NCBI GenBank assembly: GCA_036844705.1
Contig: DAIUFH010000001.1
Span: 24,456-88,455, forward strand
Source of the DNA: Tissierella sp.
GTDB lineage: Bacteria; Bacillota; Clostridia; Tissierellales; Tissierellaceae
Direction of reading: 5' to 3'
Length of the DNA stretch: 64,000 bases
A program made the position numbers and the translations under genes. Shown here in pieces: positions 36,716 to 47,996 of the stretch (within the stretch, counting starts at the first letter, position 1; each line of letters starts with the position of its first letter). Below the pieces are notes generated by a model. That model made no database searches. It saw only the letters and a list, made by a program, of their open reading frames with translations, and was not told the DNA's origin.

Positions 36716-37777
36716 ATGGTAAATATTAGAAGACTTTTTCCTGGCGGAAACACATCTGTTGGTTTTTATAGCTATCATGACAATATCATTGATATAGATA
36801 GAAATATGCTATATATATTGAAGGGAATGCCAGGTGGTGGAAAATCAACCATAATGAGAGAAATAGGAGAAAAAGCAGTTAAAGAAGGCTTTAGTGTAGA
36901 ATTTCATCATTGTCCTTCCGATCCTAATTCTATAGATGGAGTAGTTATAAATGAATTAAAAATATGCGTTTTAGATGGTACTGCTCCACATATAATTGAC
37001 CCGGTTTACCCAGGACTTACTGATAAGATTGTTGATTTAGGACCATTTATTGATAGTGATGGATTGAAATTGTATAAATCAGAGATATTTATGGCTAAGA
37101 AAAATAATAAAAATGCCTATAGAAGTGCATTCAATTATTTTAGAAGTTCTAAGCCTATATATGATAATATAGAACAAAGTAATAAGGAAAATGTTGATTT
37201 CGCAAACATTAACAAGCTTACTAAGAACGCCATAGAAAGAATATTTTCAAAGGAACAAATATTGAATGATGTTGTAAGTTTTAAAGAGAGGCATCTATTT
37301 ACTTCAGCTTTTACTCCTGAAGGATTTGTTGATTATACTTCGACGGTTATTGATGGTGTAAAAGATAGATACTACCTTAATGGAAGCATAGGTACGGGAA
37401 AAACCACATTCTTGAAAAGAATTGCCCAAGAGGCTATATTAAGAAATTATCACGTAGAAATCTTCCACAACCCATTAATACCAAATAAGATTGATAGTTT
37501 GATAATCAAGGAATTGAACACAATAATTTCAACTACTAATGACACCAAAAACTATATATATACAACTATAGACCTAGATGAATATTTCGATAAAGATTGC
37601 ATAAATCAAAATGATTATCAATTATTCAATAGTATAATAGAAAAAGGTATAGATGCGTTGCATAGTGCAAAGGATAATCATGCAATAATAGAATCAGTTT
37701 ATAAAAAATGTATTAACTATAGTGGAATAACAGAAATAAAGATTAAACTATGGGAAGAAATTTTAGAATATAAATAA
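36716..37777 (+). CDS. Uncharacterised ATPase with two P-loop NTPase modules
   Basis: Walker A 'GMPGGGKST' and a second 'GSIGTGKTT'. Confidence 0.6.
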   Translation: MVNIRRLFPGGNTSVGFYSYHDNIIDIDRNMLYILKGMPGGGKSTIMREIGEKAVKEGFSVEFHHCPSDPNSIDGVVINELKICVLDGTAPHIIDPVYPGLTDKIVDLGPFIDSDGLKLYKSEIFMAKKNNKNAYRSAFNYFRSSKPIYDNIEQSNKENVDFANINKLTKNAIERIFSKEQILNDVVSFKERHLFTSAFTPEGFVDYTSTVIDGVKDRYYLNGSIGTGKTTFLKRIAQEAILRNYHVEIFHNPLIPNKIDSLIIKELNTIISTTNDTKNYIYTTIDLDEYFDKDCINQNDYQLFNSIIEKGIDALHSAKDNHAIIESVYKKCINYSGITEIKIKLWEEILEYK

Positions 37778-37780
37778 AGG

Positions 37781-38992
37781 TTAGGATTTTCTAACCTTTA
37801 TTTCCTTCACTATATAATTTGTGAAGTTTTCCATGATATTCTTTAGATTAGAAGTCATGGAACTCCCCTGAACTGTATTTGGATTACCTCCACCTTTGAT
37901 ATCATATTGTGAGGATATCTTTTTAAATATTTCCTGTAAATTAATATTCATGTCCTTAGAACTACTTACATAAAATTGAGATTTATCATTTCCTTTCAAC
38001 CCATAAATCTGTATGAGCTTATCATTAGCCTGTAGATAATTGGCTATGAAGGATAGTTCTTTAAAATCCATATCATCTATTACTTTATAAATAAATTTAA
38101 TATCATTATTTAATTTGGAATCTTCAAAGAATGAATCCCCCTTAAGTTTTAAAAGTCTGTCTCTTAGAATACGATTTTCTTTTTCAAGGTTTTCTTTATC
38201 TTCATATAGCTTATGAACTCTGTTTAAAACATCTTTATCCTTTGCTGATATGAGAGAGCTGATTTCTTTTATGTAAATATTTTTCCACGTATAATCATTT
38301 AGTGCCCTAGCACCACATACAAATTCTACTCGAATATTGCCTTTGTATTTTTCCCACTTTCTAATCTTAATGATTCCTAATTCTCCTGTATGGCTAAGGT
38401 GAGTGCCACCGCAGGGACAAAAGTCAAAATTGTCTATTTCAACTATTCGTATATTTGAATGTACCTTTGGTTTTTTTCTAATAGGCAGCTTTTTCAATTG
38501 ATTTTCGTTTACAAAATAAGATTTTATACTGAAGTTAGAATAAATTACCTTGTTTGCTAACATCTCAACCTTTTGCGCATCTTCTTCAGATAAAGACGGA
38601 ATTGTAATGTCTACATATACATATTCTTTGCTGATATTAAAGCCTATTGTTTCACCATTGAAAAGCTTGTAAAAAACGGCAGATAATAGATGTTGTCCTG
38701 TATGCTGCTGCATAAGATCTAATCTATTTTCCCAATCTATAGAAATATTGACCCTGTCGCAATTTATTCCATTTTCAAGAACATGAACGATATCGTTACC
38801 GTCCTCATATGCTTCTAAGACCTCTAAACCGTTTATAGTACCTTTGTCACCTGGTTGTCCACCTGAAAGATGAGGGTAAAATATGGTCCTATCAAGCTTT
38901 ATATAATATTTATTGTTAGCATATCTTTTCTCAATCACATTAGCCTCTAGTTCCTTTAAATAAGGGTTTTCCATATAAAATTTTATTGTCAT
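37781..38992 (-). CDS. alaX: Alanyl-tRNA editing protein AlaX-L (AlaRS editing domain + DHHA1)
   Basis: 'HTGQHLLS' and 'CPCGGTH' zinc motifs, C-terminal 'GGGNPNTVQG'. Start taken at 'MTIKFYMENPYLKELEA'. Confidence 0.8.
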   Translation of the reverse strand: MTIKFYMENPYLKELEANVIEKRYANNKYYIKLDRTIFYPHLSGGQPGDKGTINGLEVLEAYEDGNDIVHVLENGINCDRVNISIDWENRLDLMQQHTGQHLLSAVFYKLFNGETIGFNISKEYVYVDITIPSLSEEDAQKVEMLANKVIYSNFSIKSYFVNENQLKKLPIRKKPKVHSNIRIVEIDNFDFCPCGGTHLSHTGELGIIKIRKWEKYKGNIRVEFVCGARALNDYTWKNIYIKEISSLISAKDKDVLNRVHKLYEDKENLEKENRILRDRLLKLKGDSFFEDSKLNNDIKFIYKVIDDMDFKELSFIANYLQANDKLIQIYGLKGNDKSQFYVSSSKDMNINLQEIFKKISSQYDIKGGGNPNTVQGSSMTSNLKNIMENFTNYIVKEIKVRKS

Positions 38993-39054
38993 ACCATATA
39001 CCATCCTCTATGAATTAATAATATTTGCATCTAAAGTATGTTATAATACACATA

Positions 39055-39205
39055 TGTCATCCCGACCGTAGTGGAGGAATATGTCTTGTACTGTCATTCT
39101 GAGCATTAGCGAAGAATCTCGGGTTTAGACCCTGGATCCTTCACGAGTAAATCTTATACTGCTATCTCAGGATGACATAAGCATCATCCGACCGTAATGT
39201 AGGGA
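39055..39205. repeat. Structured intergenic repeat element (clostridial REP/MITE-like)
   Basis: Imperfect direct repeats CATCCCGACCGTAGTGGAGGA (39057-) and CATCATCCGACCGTAATGTAGGGA (39182-). They flank the inverted repeat TGTCATTCTGAG (39092-39103) / CTCAGGATGACA (39166-39177). Confidence 0.6.
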
Positions 39206-39269
39206 TTACGAGTTTATATTTACATTTACATTATATAGCAATTAGAAAGAAATACAAAGGAAGAAATTT

Positions 39270-41666
39270 ATGGATAGACCATTTGTACTAATTCTTTTAT
39301 CTACTATTGCAGGAATTTTAATTTCATATTTTATATCAATTAAAAGTTCTATGCTGTTTATAGCTCTATTATTATTAATATTATATTCATTATTTAATTT
39401 GCATAGTAACAAAGAAAATTACCTTTTAATCATACTTTTATTTATACTGATTGGTGCTTTAAATACAAATATTAATAGTCTTAGCACTCTCAAGCCTTAT
39501 TTAGATAAACGTTATGATTATTACGGAATAATTGATGAAATAAAAGAAAAAGGGGAAGGTATAAGTAAATATATTGTAAATGTAAAATCAGTTGATGGTA
39601 ATTCTATAAGAGAAAAAATGATTTTAAACGTAATAGGAAATGATGAAGAATTTTCGTTAGGTGACAGTATTTCTTTTAATGGTGCATTGAAGCTACCTAT
39701 GGAAAATACAAATCCTAAGCTATTCAATTATAAATTATATTTACTTACAAAGAAAATTCATACGACCATGAGTGTTAAAGAATACTCAGTAAATAGGGTC
39801 AAATATAACGAAAATATTTTTTATGATTTAAAGGATAAATTCCAAAAGGATATTACAAGTCTATTTAATAAGTATTTAAGTTCGGAAAATTCTAACCTGA
39901 TAACTGCTATAATCCTGGGGAAAACGGACTTAGTTGAAGAGGATGAATTGTTAAAATATCGTGAGCTTGGACTAGCTCATATATTAGCCGTATCTGGCTT
40001 ACATATAGGTATAATAGCAGGTTTTATAAATTATCTTCTATCCAGAATTGGTATTAAAAGAAAGCTAAATTTTGTTATAACAATTAGTATAATTTATTTA
40101 TATGTTGCATTAATAGGATTTCCTGCATCTGCTGTGAGAGCTTGTATTATGTTTACAATATTATACTTTTCACAAATAGTACACGAGCCATATGATACAA
40201 TAAATACAATTTCTTTTTCTATGTTTATTTGCTTGCTGATTAACCCCTTTTGGCTTTTTAACATTGGATTTCAGTTATCATATATGGCGGTAATATCTTT
40301 ATTTTTATATAGCAAGAAGATTGAAAATTTGTTTTATCCTTGGAAAAATAATTTTATAATGACCTTGTCATCAATTATAGCTGTATTTGTCGGGTTGTTG
40401 CCTATACAAAGCTATTATTTCAATAGGATTCAGTTAATGGGATTTATCTCAAATTTAATAATTGTACCTTTACTATCATTATCATTGATAATTGCAGTAT
40501 TTATGATTATTTTTAATTATACCTTCGCTTTTCTAAATTTTATCTTTGGAAGCGTATTGGAGCTTGTGTTAAAAATTCAATATGAAATTACTAGAATTTT
40601 TTATAGTTTTCCTATAAATTCGATAAAAGTTTTCTCACCTGATTTGTGCTTTATTCTTTTATACTATTTGTTATTGGGGATTGTATTTCACTTAATTGAT
40701 ATAAATAAACTAGATCAAGGTGTAAAAAAATCAATTGTTTATTATCTTTTAATATTTATTTTGATATCTACTATAGGAATCAATTTTGATGAAAAAATTG
40801 AAGTTGATTTCATAGATGTTGGACAAGGAGATTCAATTCTTATCAGTACTCAGGGTTCTACCATATTGATGGATACAGGAGGGAGCTTTTTAACAGATGA
40901 TGTTGGTAAGTTCATTACGCTACCATATCTTGAAAAGCATGGAATCAACAAATTAGATGCAATCATAATAACACATTTTGATGATGACCATTATCGAGGA
41001 ATATTTGCCTTACTTGATGAGATTAGGATTGGAAAAGTATTTTCAAGCTATATGCCAGAGGATATGAAACTGTTGAGTCAATTAAGAAAGAGAAATATAC
41101 CAATCGGTATATTAAAAGAAAGTGATATACTACATTTAGATAAAAATACGACTCTAGAGATATTGTGGCCACAGGTAGATATAAATCTGTCTAATTTTAC
41201 TTCCAACAATAAATCACTTGTATCTAAGCTAAGATACAAAAATTTTGATATATTATTTACAGGTGATATTGAATCTGAAGCCGAGGAATTCATGTTAAGT
41301 AAGAATATACATAATATAGATATATTAAAAATACCTCATCATGGAAGCAATACGTCTTCCACTATAGAATTTTTGGAAAAGACAGAGCCAACAAATAGCA
41401 TAATATCCGTTGGTAGAAATAATTTTTATAACCATCCAAATGAAGAGGTATTGAAAAGACTTGATTCAGTAAAGTCAAAAATATTTAGAACTGATGAAAT
41501 GGGAAGAATTAAAGTAATATTGGATAAAGACAAATATGATATTACCAGCTTTCTTAAAAGGAATCAAGATTTGACAATTATATCTACAACAGTTTTATAT
41601 TTTTTGATATCATATATTTTAATAAAGAACTATAATGGAAAAGAAGGTGTATTAATTGGAATATAA
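39270..41666 (+). CDS. comEC: DNA internalisation competence protein ComEC/Rec2
   Basis: Multi-TM competence domain plus a C-terminal metallo-beta-lactamase domain 'FIDVGQGDS...HFDDDH'. Confidence 0.92.
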   Translation: MDRPFVLILLSTIAGILISYFISIKSSMLFIALLLLILYSLFNLHSNKENYLLIILLFILIGALNTNINSLSTLKPYLDKRYDYYGIIDEIKEKGEGISKYIVNVKSVDGNSIREKMILNVIGNDEEFSLGDSISFNGALKLPMENTNPKLFNYKLYLLTKKIHTTMSVKEYSVNRVKYNENIFYDLKDKFQKDITSLFNKYLSSENSNLITAIILGKTDLVEEDELLKYRELGLAHILAVSGLHIGIIAGFINYLLSRIGIKRKLNFVITISIIYLYVALIGFPASAVRACIMFTILYFSQIVHEPYDTINTISFSMFICLLINPFWLFNIGFQLSYMAVISLFLYSKKIENLFYPWKNNFIMTLSSIIAVFVGLLPIQSYYFNRIQLMGFISNLIIVPLLSLSLIIAVFMIIFNYTFAFLNFIFGSVLELVLKIQYEITRIFYSFPINSIKVFSPDLCFILLYYLLLGIVFHLIDINKLDQGVKKSIVYYLLIFILISTIGINFDEKIEVDFIDVGQGDSILISTQGSTILMDTGGSFLTDDVGKFITLPYLEKHGINKLDAIIITHFDDDHYRGIFALLDEIRIGKVFSSYMPEDMKLLSQLRKRNIPIGILKESDILHLDKNTTLEILWPQVDINLSNFTSNNKSLVSKLRYKNFDILFTGDIESEAEEFMLSKNIHNIDILKIPHHGSNTSSTIEFLEKTEPTNSIISVGRNNFYNHPNEEVLKRLDSVKSKIFRTDEMGRIKVILDKDKYDITSFLKRNQDLTIISTTVLYFLISYILIKNYNGKEGVLIGI

Positions 41667-42690
41667 AGATTTTTTAACAATTATAAATAGGGATAAAATA
41701 GAAGCTACATATCTTTTTATTGGTGAAGAAGAATATCTGATGAATGAATGTATAGCTACTTTAAAAAAGAAATATATTGAGGAATCCTTTGAAACATTAA
41801 ATTATACAGTTTTGGAAGGAAAGGTAGCTACATTTAATGATTTGGTAAATACATGTGAAACATTACCTGTAATGTCTTCAAAAAAGATTGTTTTGTTAAA
41901 TGATATTACAATTTTTTTTGATAGAGAGGAAAAAAGTATAGATAAGGAATTGCTTAATTACTTAGACAATTTAGGGAATTATCTTTGTTTAATTTTGTTG
42001 GATAATTTCAATGAACTAAAAAAGAACACTAAAATCTATAAGTATTATAATAAGAACAACAAAGTGGTGGAGTTCAATAAGCTAAAGGGAAAAGTCCTTA
42101 TAGAATGGATAAATAAAATAGCCAAGTTACATAATGCAAATATTTCCTATTCTAATGCAAATTATTTTGTCCAACAGAGTTCGTATTTAAGTAGAAATAT
42201 CCATAGCAATCTATACGACTTGGAAAATGAACTTATTAAGGTAATAAGCTTCTCCCAAAATTTTGAAGTAACTAAAGATGATTTAGATTTAGTTACCATT
42301 AAGTCCTTAGACAGCAATATATTTGATCTTTTATCAGCAATAAATAGAGGAGATATAGATAGCTCACTTAAAATATTTAACGATATATATCTCTCCAATG
42401 AACCAATACCTAAAATACTGTTCATGATTAGCAGACAGATTCGACTTATGCTAGGTTATAATATCTATAAAAATAAGGGATATACTGATGGTGAAATCAT
42501 AGATAAATTACACATTAAAAGCTATGAATACAATAAAATATCTAGCAAGGCAAAATTTTTTAAAATTAAAGAATTAGAAGATAATCTAAATCTAATTCTT
42601 GAGGTTGACAAAAAATTAAAGACAAGTACTGCAGATGAGAGAACAGAATTGGAGATTCTTATAGTAAAACTAACAGAAAAAATAAGATAA
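41656..42690 (+). CDS. holA: DNA polymerase III delta subunit
   Basis: Conserved comEC-holA-rpsT synteny. 'ATYLFIGEEEYLM'. TTG start overlaps the comEC end. Confidence 0.85.
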   Translation: MEYKDFLTIINRDKIEATYLFIGEEEYLMNECIATLKKKYIEESFETLNYTVLEGKVATFNDLVNTCETLPVMSSKKIVLLNDITIFFDREEKSIDKELLNYLDNLGNYLCLILLDNFNELKKNTKIYKYYNKNNKVVEFNKLKGKVLIEWINKIAKLHNANISYSNANYFVQQSSYLSRNIHSNLYDLENELIKVISFSQNFEVTKDDLDLVTIKSLDSNIFDLLSAINRGDIDSSLKIFNDIYLSNEPIPKILFMISRQIRLMLGYNIYKNKGYTDGEIIDKLHIKSYEYNKISSKAKFFKIKELEDNLNLILEVDKKLKTSTADERTELEILIVKLTEKIR

Positions 42691-42711
42691 TAAGATTTGG
42701 ACTTAGAGATA

Positions 42712-42738
42712 TAAAAAAACTTCGGCTCTCCCGAAGTT
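42712..42738 (-). terminator. rpsT terminator
   Basis: AACTTCGG-GAGAG-CCGAAGTT hairpin plus T7 on the minus strand. Confidence 0.8.
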
Positions 42739-42742
42739 CTAT

Positions 42743-43009
42743 TTATATTGCTGCTTGATTTAACTTTTTAGTAAGTCTACTTACCTTTCTTGCTGCGGCA
42801 TTCTTATGAACTATATTTTTATGAGCAGCTCTCTTTAACTTCTTGTCTATAACATTAAGTAGTACCTTAGCCTCTACTAAATCTCCAGCGGTAACCGCAC
42901 TTTCAAATTTCTTAATATATGTTTTAATCTCGGATTTTCTACCTTTGTTTAAAGCCGTTCTTTTTTCAGTAACTAGGATTCTTTTTTCAGCAGATTTTAT
43001 ATTTGCCAA
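42743..43009 (-). CDS. rpsT: 30S ribosomal protein S20
   Basis: TTG start at 43009 behind GGAGGTG, giving '(M)ANIKSAEKRILV'. The longer track ORF has no RBS. Confidence 0.93.
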   Translation of the reverse strand: MANIKSAEKRILVTEKRTALNKGRKSEIKTYIKKFESAVTAGDLVEAKVLLNVIDKKLKRAAHKNIVHKNAAARKVSRLTKKLNQAAI

Positions 43010-43126
43010 TAGTTTCACCTCCTCTAATCTAACAATGCATATTTTACCATGAACGTTGATAAATTGCAAGGATAAATAATTCTAGAATGGTTAGAATTAT
43101 TTAATAAAGATGGAAAGGAGATTGAA

Positions 43127-44101
43127 ATGTTTAGAGTACATACTGATTTAGCTGTTGAAAGTAGAGAATTATATAATGAGCAAAACGATGTGGAGTTAGA
43201 GGGGGTTTCAGTCGATGTAAAAGAAAATGAAAACTATACAGTTACTAAAGTAGAAGTATTAAATAAGAATGGCATGGAAAAGATGAAAAAACCAATAGGT
43301 CAATATATAACAATAGATGTTCCCAATTTAGACAAAACTAATGAAGATTTAAAGGACGAAATAAGTCAGGCATTGGCCAAGGAAATCAAAGGTATGGGTT
43401 TAAATCATCCCAATTCAAAGATATTAATCATTGGTTTAGGAAACTGGAATATAAGCCCTGACGCTTTAGGACCAAAAGTAGTAGAAAGGGTATTGGTTAC
43501 AAGACAATATTTTATTAATTTCAACAAGGAATTTGATGAGACAATGGCAAACGTAGCTGCTATGTCCCCTGGAGTGATGGGTATGACAGGGATAGAAAGT
43601 TTTGACATCGTAAAAGGCATTGTGGATAAGATAAAGCCAGATTTGTTAATAGCCATTGATGCACTCTCATCAAGGAAAATGAATAGAATAAGTACTACTA
43701 TTCAGATATCCGACACTGGTATATCCCCTGGAGGAGGAGTAGGTAACAAAAGAGTTGCTCTAAACAAGGAAACCCTAGGAATTCCCGTTTTATCCATAGG
43801 GATACCAACAGTTGTAAACGCAGCAACAATTGTGAGTGATACACTTGACTTAATCATCAGCTCTTTGAAGGAGCAGGCAGATGTGGGTAGGGAATTTTAC
43901 AATCTGCTTGAAGATCTATCAAATGAAGAAAGATATAGTCTTATTGAAGAGGTTTTAAATCCATTTATGGCAAATACCATAGTAACACCTAAGGATATAG
44001 ATGTGTTGATAGATGATTTGTCCATAATAATTGCAAATGGTCTAAATATAGCACTCCATCCAGGTATAGACCTCAAAGATGTAAATAGATATATAAGATA
44101 A
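43127..44101 (+). CDS. gpr: Germination protease GPR
   Basis: 'VHTDLAVESREL', 'LIIGLGNWNISPDALGP', 'ISDTGISPGGGVGN'. Confidence 0.92.
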   Translation: MFRVHTDLAVESRELYNEQNDVELEGVSVDVKENENYTVTKVEVLNKNGMEKMKKPIGQYITIDVPNLDKTNEDLKDEISQALAKEIKGMGLNHPNSKILIIGLGNWNISPDALGPKVVERVLVTRQYFINFNKEFDETMANVAAMSPGVMGMTGIESFDIVKGIVDKIKPDLLIAIDALSSRKMNRISTTIQISDTGISPGGGVGNKRVALNKETLGIPVLSIGIPTVVNAATIVSDTLDLIISSLKEQADVGREFYNLLEDLSNEERYSLIEEVLNPFMANTIVTPKDIDVLIDDLSIIIANGLNIALHPGIDLKDVNRYIR

Positions 44102-44163
44102 TAAACATAAAATTAACCTTCTTAGAATATAAATTTGTAAGATATATTTTAGGGAGTGTTTAC

Positions 44164-45192
44164 ATGAAGAGGAGAAGAAGAAGAGTAAGAAAAAATAATG
44201 ATAGCTATTTAATCATAATACTTATATGTCTACTGATTTTTAATGTTGGTGCTTTGATCTATAAATTTTTTACAGATAATAGCGTATTTAACAGTTTTGA
44301 TGATTTAAAAAAGATATTCACTGGATATGATCTACCTTTTGGACTAAATAATAAAGACAAGGATTTAGATTCAAATAAACCTCCAATAGGTGAAAATGTA
44401 GAAGCTGATATAGATGATGAGCATGAGCTCAGCACTTCAGGTGACTTTATCATAGATAGATTAGATGAATATGAAAGTCTAATTGTCATAAAGGATTCAC
44501 AAGGAGTAAATTCCATTGAGAATATTCCAAAACCATTAAATATAAACAAAGTAAGTTTAAACAAAGACGAGAATTATATATTGATGTATCATACTCATGG
44601 TACAGAAAGCTATCTAACTGATAATCCAACGGAATATCATAATCAAGATACGGAAAAAAATGTTGTTAGCATTGGTGAAGTATTGCAAAAGGTATTAGAG
44701 GGAAATGGACACAAGGTGGATCATGTCAAGACTCTACATGATTTACCTTCATACAATAGTTCATATACCAGATCCCTCAATACAATAAATAGTAAAAAAG
44801 CTGAAAATAAAAACTTAAAGATGTTTTTTGATGTGCATAGAGATGGTGTTGATAGCAATGCAGAGTACAAGGATAAGTTTTTAAAAACTGCAAGGATAGA
44901 TATAAATGGTGTAAGTACTGCTACATTTTCACTTGTTGTAGGTCCTGATACACCAAATTATGAAAGTGTTTTGAGTTTTGCAAAATATATAAAAGCTGTA
45001 TCCGATACATTGTATCCAGGGTTTTGCACTGGAATAATTGTAAAACCAGCGGGAAAATATAATCTATTTGCTTCTGATTATTCTGCGCTTATAGAGGTAG
45101 GCAGCAATTTGATTACTCAAGAGGAAGCAAAGGAAGCAGCTAAATTGATAGGGGAAATACTAAGTTTAGTAATAGATAGCATAATAGAATAA
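44164..45192 (+). CDS. spoIIP: Stage II sporulation protein P
   Basis: N-terminal TM, 'ILMYHTHGTESY', 'FDVHRDG'. Confidence 0.88.
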   Translation: MKRRRRRVRKNNDSYLIIILICLLIFNVGALIYKFFTDNSVFNSFDDLKKIFTGYDLPFGLNNKDKDLDSNKPPIGENVEADIDDEHELSTSGDFIIDRLDEYESLIVIKDSQGVNSIENIPKPLNINKVSLNKDENYILMYHTHGTESYLTDNPTEYHNQDTEKNVVSIGEVLQKVLEGNGHKVDHVKTLHDLPSYNSSYTRSLNTINSKKAENKNLKMFFDVHRDGVDSNAEYKDKFLKTARIDINGVSTATFSLVVGPDTPNYESVLSFAKYIKAVSDTLYPGFCTGIIVKPAGKYNLFASDYSALIEVGSNLITQEEAKEAAKLIGEILSLVIDSIIE

Positions 45193-45254
45193 TCTTTAAC
45201 AAATAATCTTTAAGTGCTATAATATAGATAGCAAATTGACAAGGAGGTTAAACT

Positions 45255-45806
45255 TTGGAGAATAACAACAAAGAAGAGAAATCAAATGGTGAATTAATTG
45301 AATGGATAAAAAGTATAGGAACAGCTATACTGATAGCTATATTGATAAAAACATTTATATTTAACACAACATATGTACTTGGCAATTCAATGTATCCAAC
45401 ACTTCATGAGAGGGACAGACTATTTGCATTAAAGGTTCCTCTATATTTTAATGGACCTCATAGAGGAGACGTAGTTGTCTTAGAGGCACCTGACAATACA
45501 AATAAGGATTATATAAAAAGAGTAATTGGAGTTGCAGGTGACAAGGTGGAGATTGTTGATGGAAAAGTATATGTAAATGACGAATTGTTGGAGGAAGATT
45601 ATATAGAAGTAGGTTCTTTTACTCATATATATAACGAAAGTTCGTGGATAGTTCCAGAAGGACAGCTATTCGTATTGGGCGATAATAGAGAAGAAGGAGC
45701 AAGTAAGGATAGTAGGTATTTCGGTTGTATCACAATAGATTCTATAAAGGGAATAACGGGATTTAGATATTTTCCATTCGATAATAGGTTTGGTAAAATT
45801 AGATAG
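45255..45806 (+). CDS. lepB: Signal peptidase I
   Basis: 'GNSMYPTL', 'KRVIGVAGD', 'VLGDNREEGASKDSR'. TTG start 7 nt after GGAGG. Confidence 0.92.
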   Translation: MENNNKEEKSNGELIEWIKSIGTAILIAILIKTFIFNTTYVLGNSMYPTLHERDRLFALKVPLYFNGPHRGDVVVLEAPDNTNKDYIKRVIGVAGDKVEIVDGKVYVNDELLEEDYIEVGSFTHIYNESSWIVPEGQLFVLGDNREEGASKDSRYFGCITIDSIKGITGFRYFPFDNRFGKIR

Positions 45807-45823
45807 TATAGAATTATCAAAAT

Positions 45824-46078
45824 ATGGATACCATAATTTGGGTGATGATTGTGGAATCCAGATTAGAAAGATATAGAAATAGAAAGAAATTAGCTTTTTT
45901 AAGATTTGTTAAGCTAATTGTCATATTTAGCTTGATAGCTATACTTATAGTTCTCTTAATGAGAGTTAATAAAACTATAATTGATTTAAATGTTTTAGAG
46001 AACACGGATTTATTGTTATTAGATATTTATAATAAGACTCTTACTATATTTGGAAAAACATATTATATAACGAAGTAA
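45824..46078 (+). CDS. Small hypothetical membrane protein
   Basis: One central TM and followed by a terminator, with no recognisable family. Start uncertain. Confidence 0.35.
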   Translation: MDTIIWVMIVESRLERYRNRKKLAFLRFVKLIVIFSLIAILIVLLMRVNKTIIDLNVLENTDLLLLDIYNKTLTIFGKTYYITK

Positions 46079-46093
46079 AATCTACTATTTTTA

Positions 46094-46123
46094 AAAAGAC
46101 CAGTTTTTCTGGTCTTTTGTTTT
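46094..46123 (+). terminator. Rho-independent terminator
   Basis: AAAAGACCAG-TTTTT-CTGGTCTTTT. Confidence 0.8.
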
Positions 46124-46187
46124 ACTTAATACTTAAATTTTGCTATAATTATTTAGATAACGAGTGATTTTTATAAGGAGGAATACC

Positions 46188-47996
46188 ATGCGGATAAATC
46201 AAGAAAATATAAGAAATTTTTCTATAATAGCTCATATAGATCATGGTAAATCTACTTTGGCAGATAGACTTATTGAGAATACTGGAATGCTTACAAATAG
46301 GGAAATGCAGGCACAGGTATTAGATAGCATGGATCTTGAAAGGGAAAGAGGTATAACAATAAAGCTTAAGGCCATAAGACTTTACTATAAAGCTAAAAAT
46401 GGTGAAGATTACATATTCAACCTAATTGATACCCCTGGTCATGTTGATTTTAATTATGAAGTATCAAGATCCTTGGCAGCTTGTGAAGGAGCTATATTGG
46501 TTGTTGATTCTACTCAGGGAGTAGAGGCTCAAACTCTTGCAAATGTATATCTTGCTTTGGATCAAGACCTTGAAATACTTCCTGTAATAAATAAAATAGA
46601 CTTACCTAGCGCGAGACCTGATGAAGTTAAAAAGGAAATAGAGGATATCATTGGGATTGACTGCGAACATGCTCCATTGATCTCTGCGAAGGAAGGTTTA
46701 AACATTGATACTGTCCTTGAAGCAATAGTGTCTACGATTCCTGCCCCTAAAGGAAACGCAAATGCCCCATTAAAGGCGTTAATTTTCGATTCTTATTATG
46801 ACAGTTATAAAGGAGTTACATGTTATATAAGAGTTGTGGAAGGCACTATAAAACCTGGAATGATGATGAGAATGATGTCTACAGGGAGAAGCTTTGAGGT
46901 TACAGAAGTAGGTATAAATACTTCAAAGCATGTTCCATTGGAAAAGCTTGAGGCTGGGGAAGTAGGATATGTAACCGCAAGTATAAAAAATGTTAAAGAA
47001 GCTAGAGTCGGTGATACTATAACTGATGACAATAATCCTACTAATGAGCCATTACCAGGGTACAAGAAGGTCATACCTATGGTTTATTGTGGAATTTATC
47101 CAGCTGAAGGAGAAGATTTTACGTCCGTTAGAGATGCACTAGAAAAGTTACAGGTTAATGATGCTTCTCTAGTTTTTGAGCCTGAATCATCAGTTGCCTT
47201 AGGATTTGGATTTAGATGTGGTTTCTTAGGTCTTCTTCATATGGAAATAATACAAGAGAGACTTGAAAGGGAATTTGATTTAAACATTGTTACCACTGCA
47301 CCTAGTGTTATATACAAGGTATATAAAAATGATGGTACTTTTCTTGAAATTCAAAATCCATCAAATTTGCCTCCTCAGGCAGAGATTGATTATATGGAGG
47401 AACCGATTGTAAATGCGTCTGTAATGACTCCTACTGATTATGTGGGAACAATTATGGAACTTTGCCAGAATAAAAGAGGTACTTTTATAAATATGGAATA
47501 CCTAGAGGAAACAAGAGTCATGCTTCACTATGAATTGCCATTGAATGAAGTTATCTATGATTTTTTTGATGCACTTAAATCAAAAACAAAAGGCTATGCC
47601 TCCTTTGATTATGAATTAAAGGGTTATAAACGAAGCGAGCTTGTAAAAATGGATATATTGATCAATGGGGAATTAGTAGATGCTTTTTCCTTAATAGTTC
47701 ACTCTGAAAAGGCCTATGAAAGGGGTAGAAATATTGCGGAAAGATTGGTGGATGTAATCCCTAGACACCAATTTGCTATACCGATTCAGGCTGCTATTGG
47801 GTCAAAGATTATAGCAAGAGAAACAATAAGAGCTTTAAGGAAAGATGTATTGGCTAAATGTTATGGTGGAGATATAAGTAGAAAGAAAAAACTGTTGGAA
47901 AAACAAAAAGAGGGCAAGAAGCGTATGAGACAAATTGGTGCTGTTGAAGTACCTCAGGAAGCTTTTCTAACAGTATTAAAATACGACGAAAAATAA
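46188..47996 (+). CDS. lepA: Translation elongation factor 4 (LepA)
   Basis: '[20 protein letters not shown]', 'DTPGHVDF', and the LepA C-terminal domain. Confidence 0.97.
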   Translation: MRINQENIRNFSIIAHIDHGKSTLADRLIENTGMLTNREMQAQVLDSMDLERERGITIKLKAIRLYYKAKNGEDYIFNLIDTPGHVDFNYEVSRSLAACEGAILVVDSTQGVEAQTLANVYLALDQDLEILPVINKIDLPSARPDEVKKEIEDIIGIDCEHAPLISAKEGLNIDTVLEAIVSTIPAPKGNANAPLKALIFDSYYDSYKGVTCYIRVVEGTIKPGMMMRMMSTGRSFEVTEVGINTSKHVPLEKLEAGEVGYVTASIKNVKEARVGDTITDDNNPTNEPLPGYKKVIPMVYCGIYPAEGEDFTSVRDALEKLQVNDASLVFEPESSVALGFGFRCGFLGLLHMEIIQERLEREFDLNIVTTAPSVIYKVYKNDGTFLEIQNPSNLPPQAEIDYMEEPIVNASVMTPTDYVGTIMELCQNKRGTFINMEYLEETRVMLHYELPLNEVIYDFFDALKSKTKGYASFDYELKGYKRSELVKMDILINGELVDAFSLIVHSEKAYERGRNIAERLVDVIPRHQFAIPIQAAIGSKIIARETIRALRKDVLAKCYGGDISRKKKLLEKQKEGKKRMRQIGAVEVPQEAFLTVLKYDEK

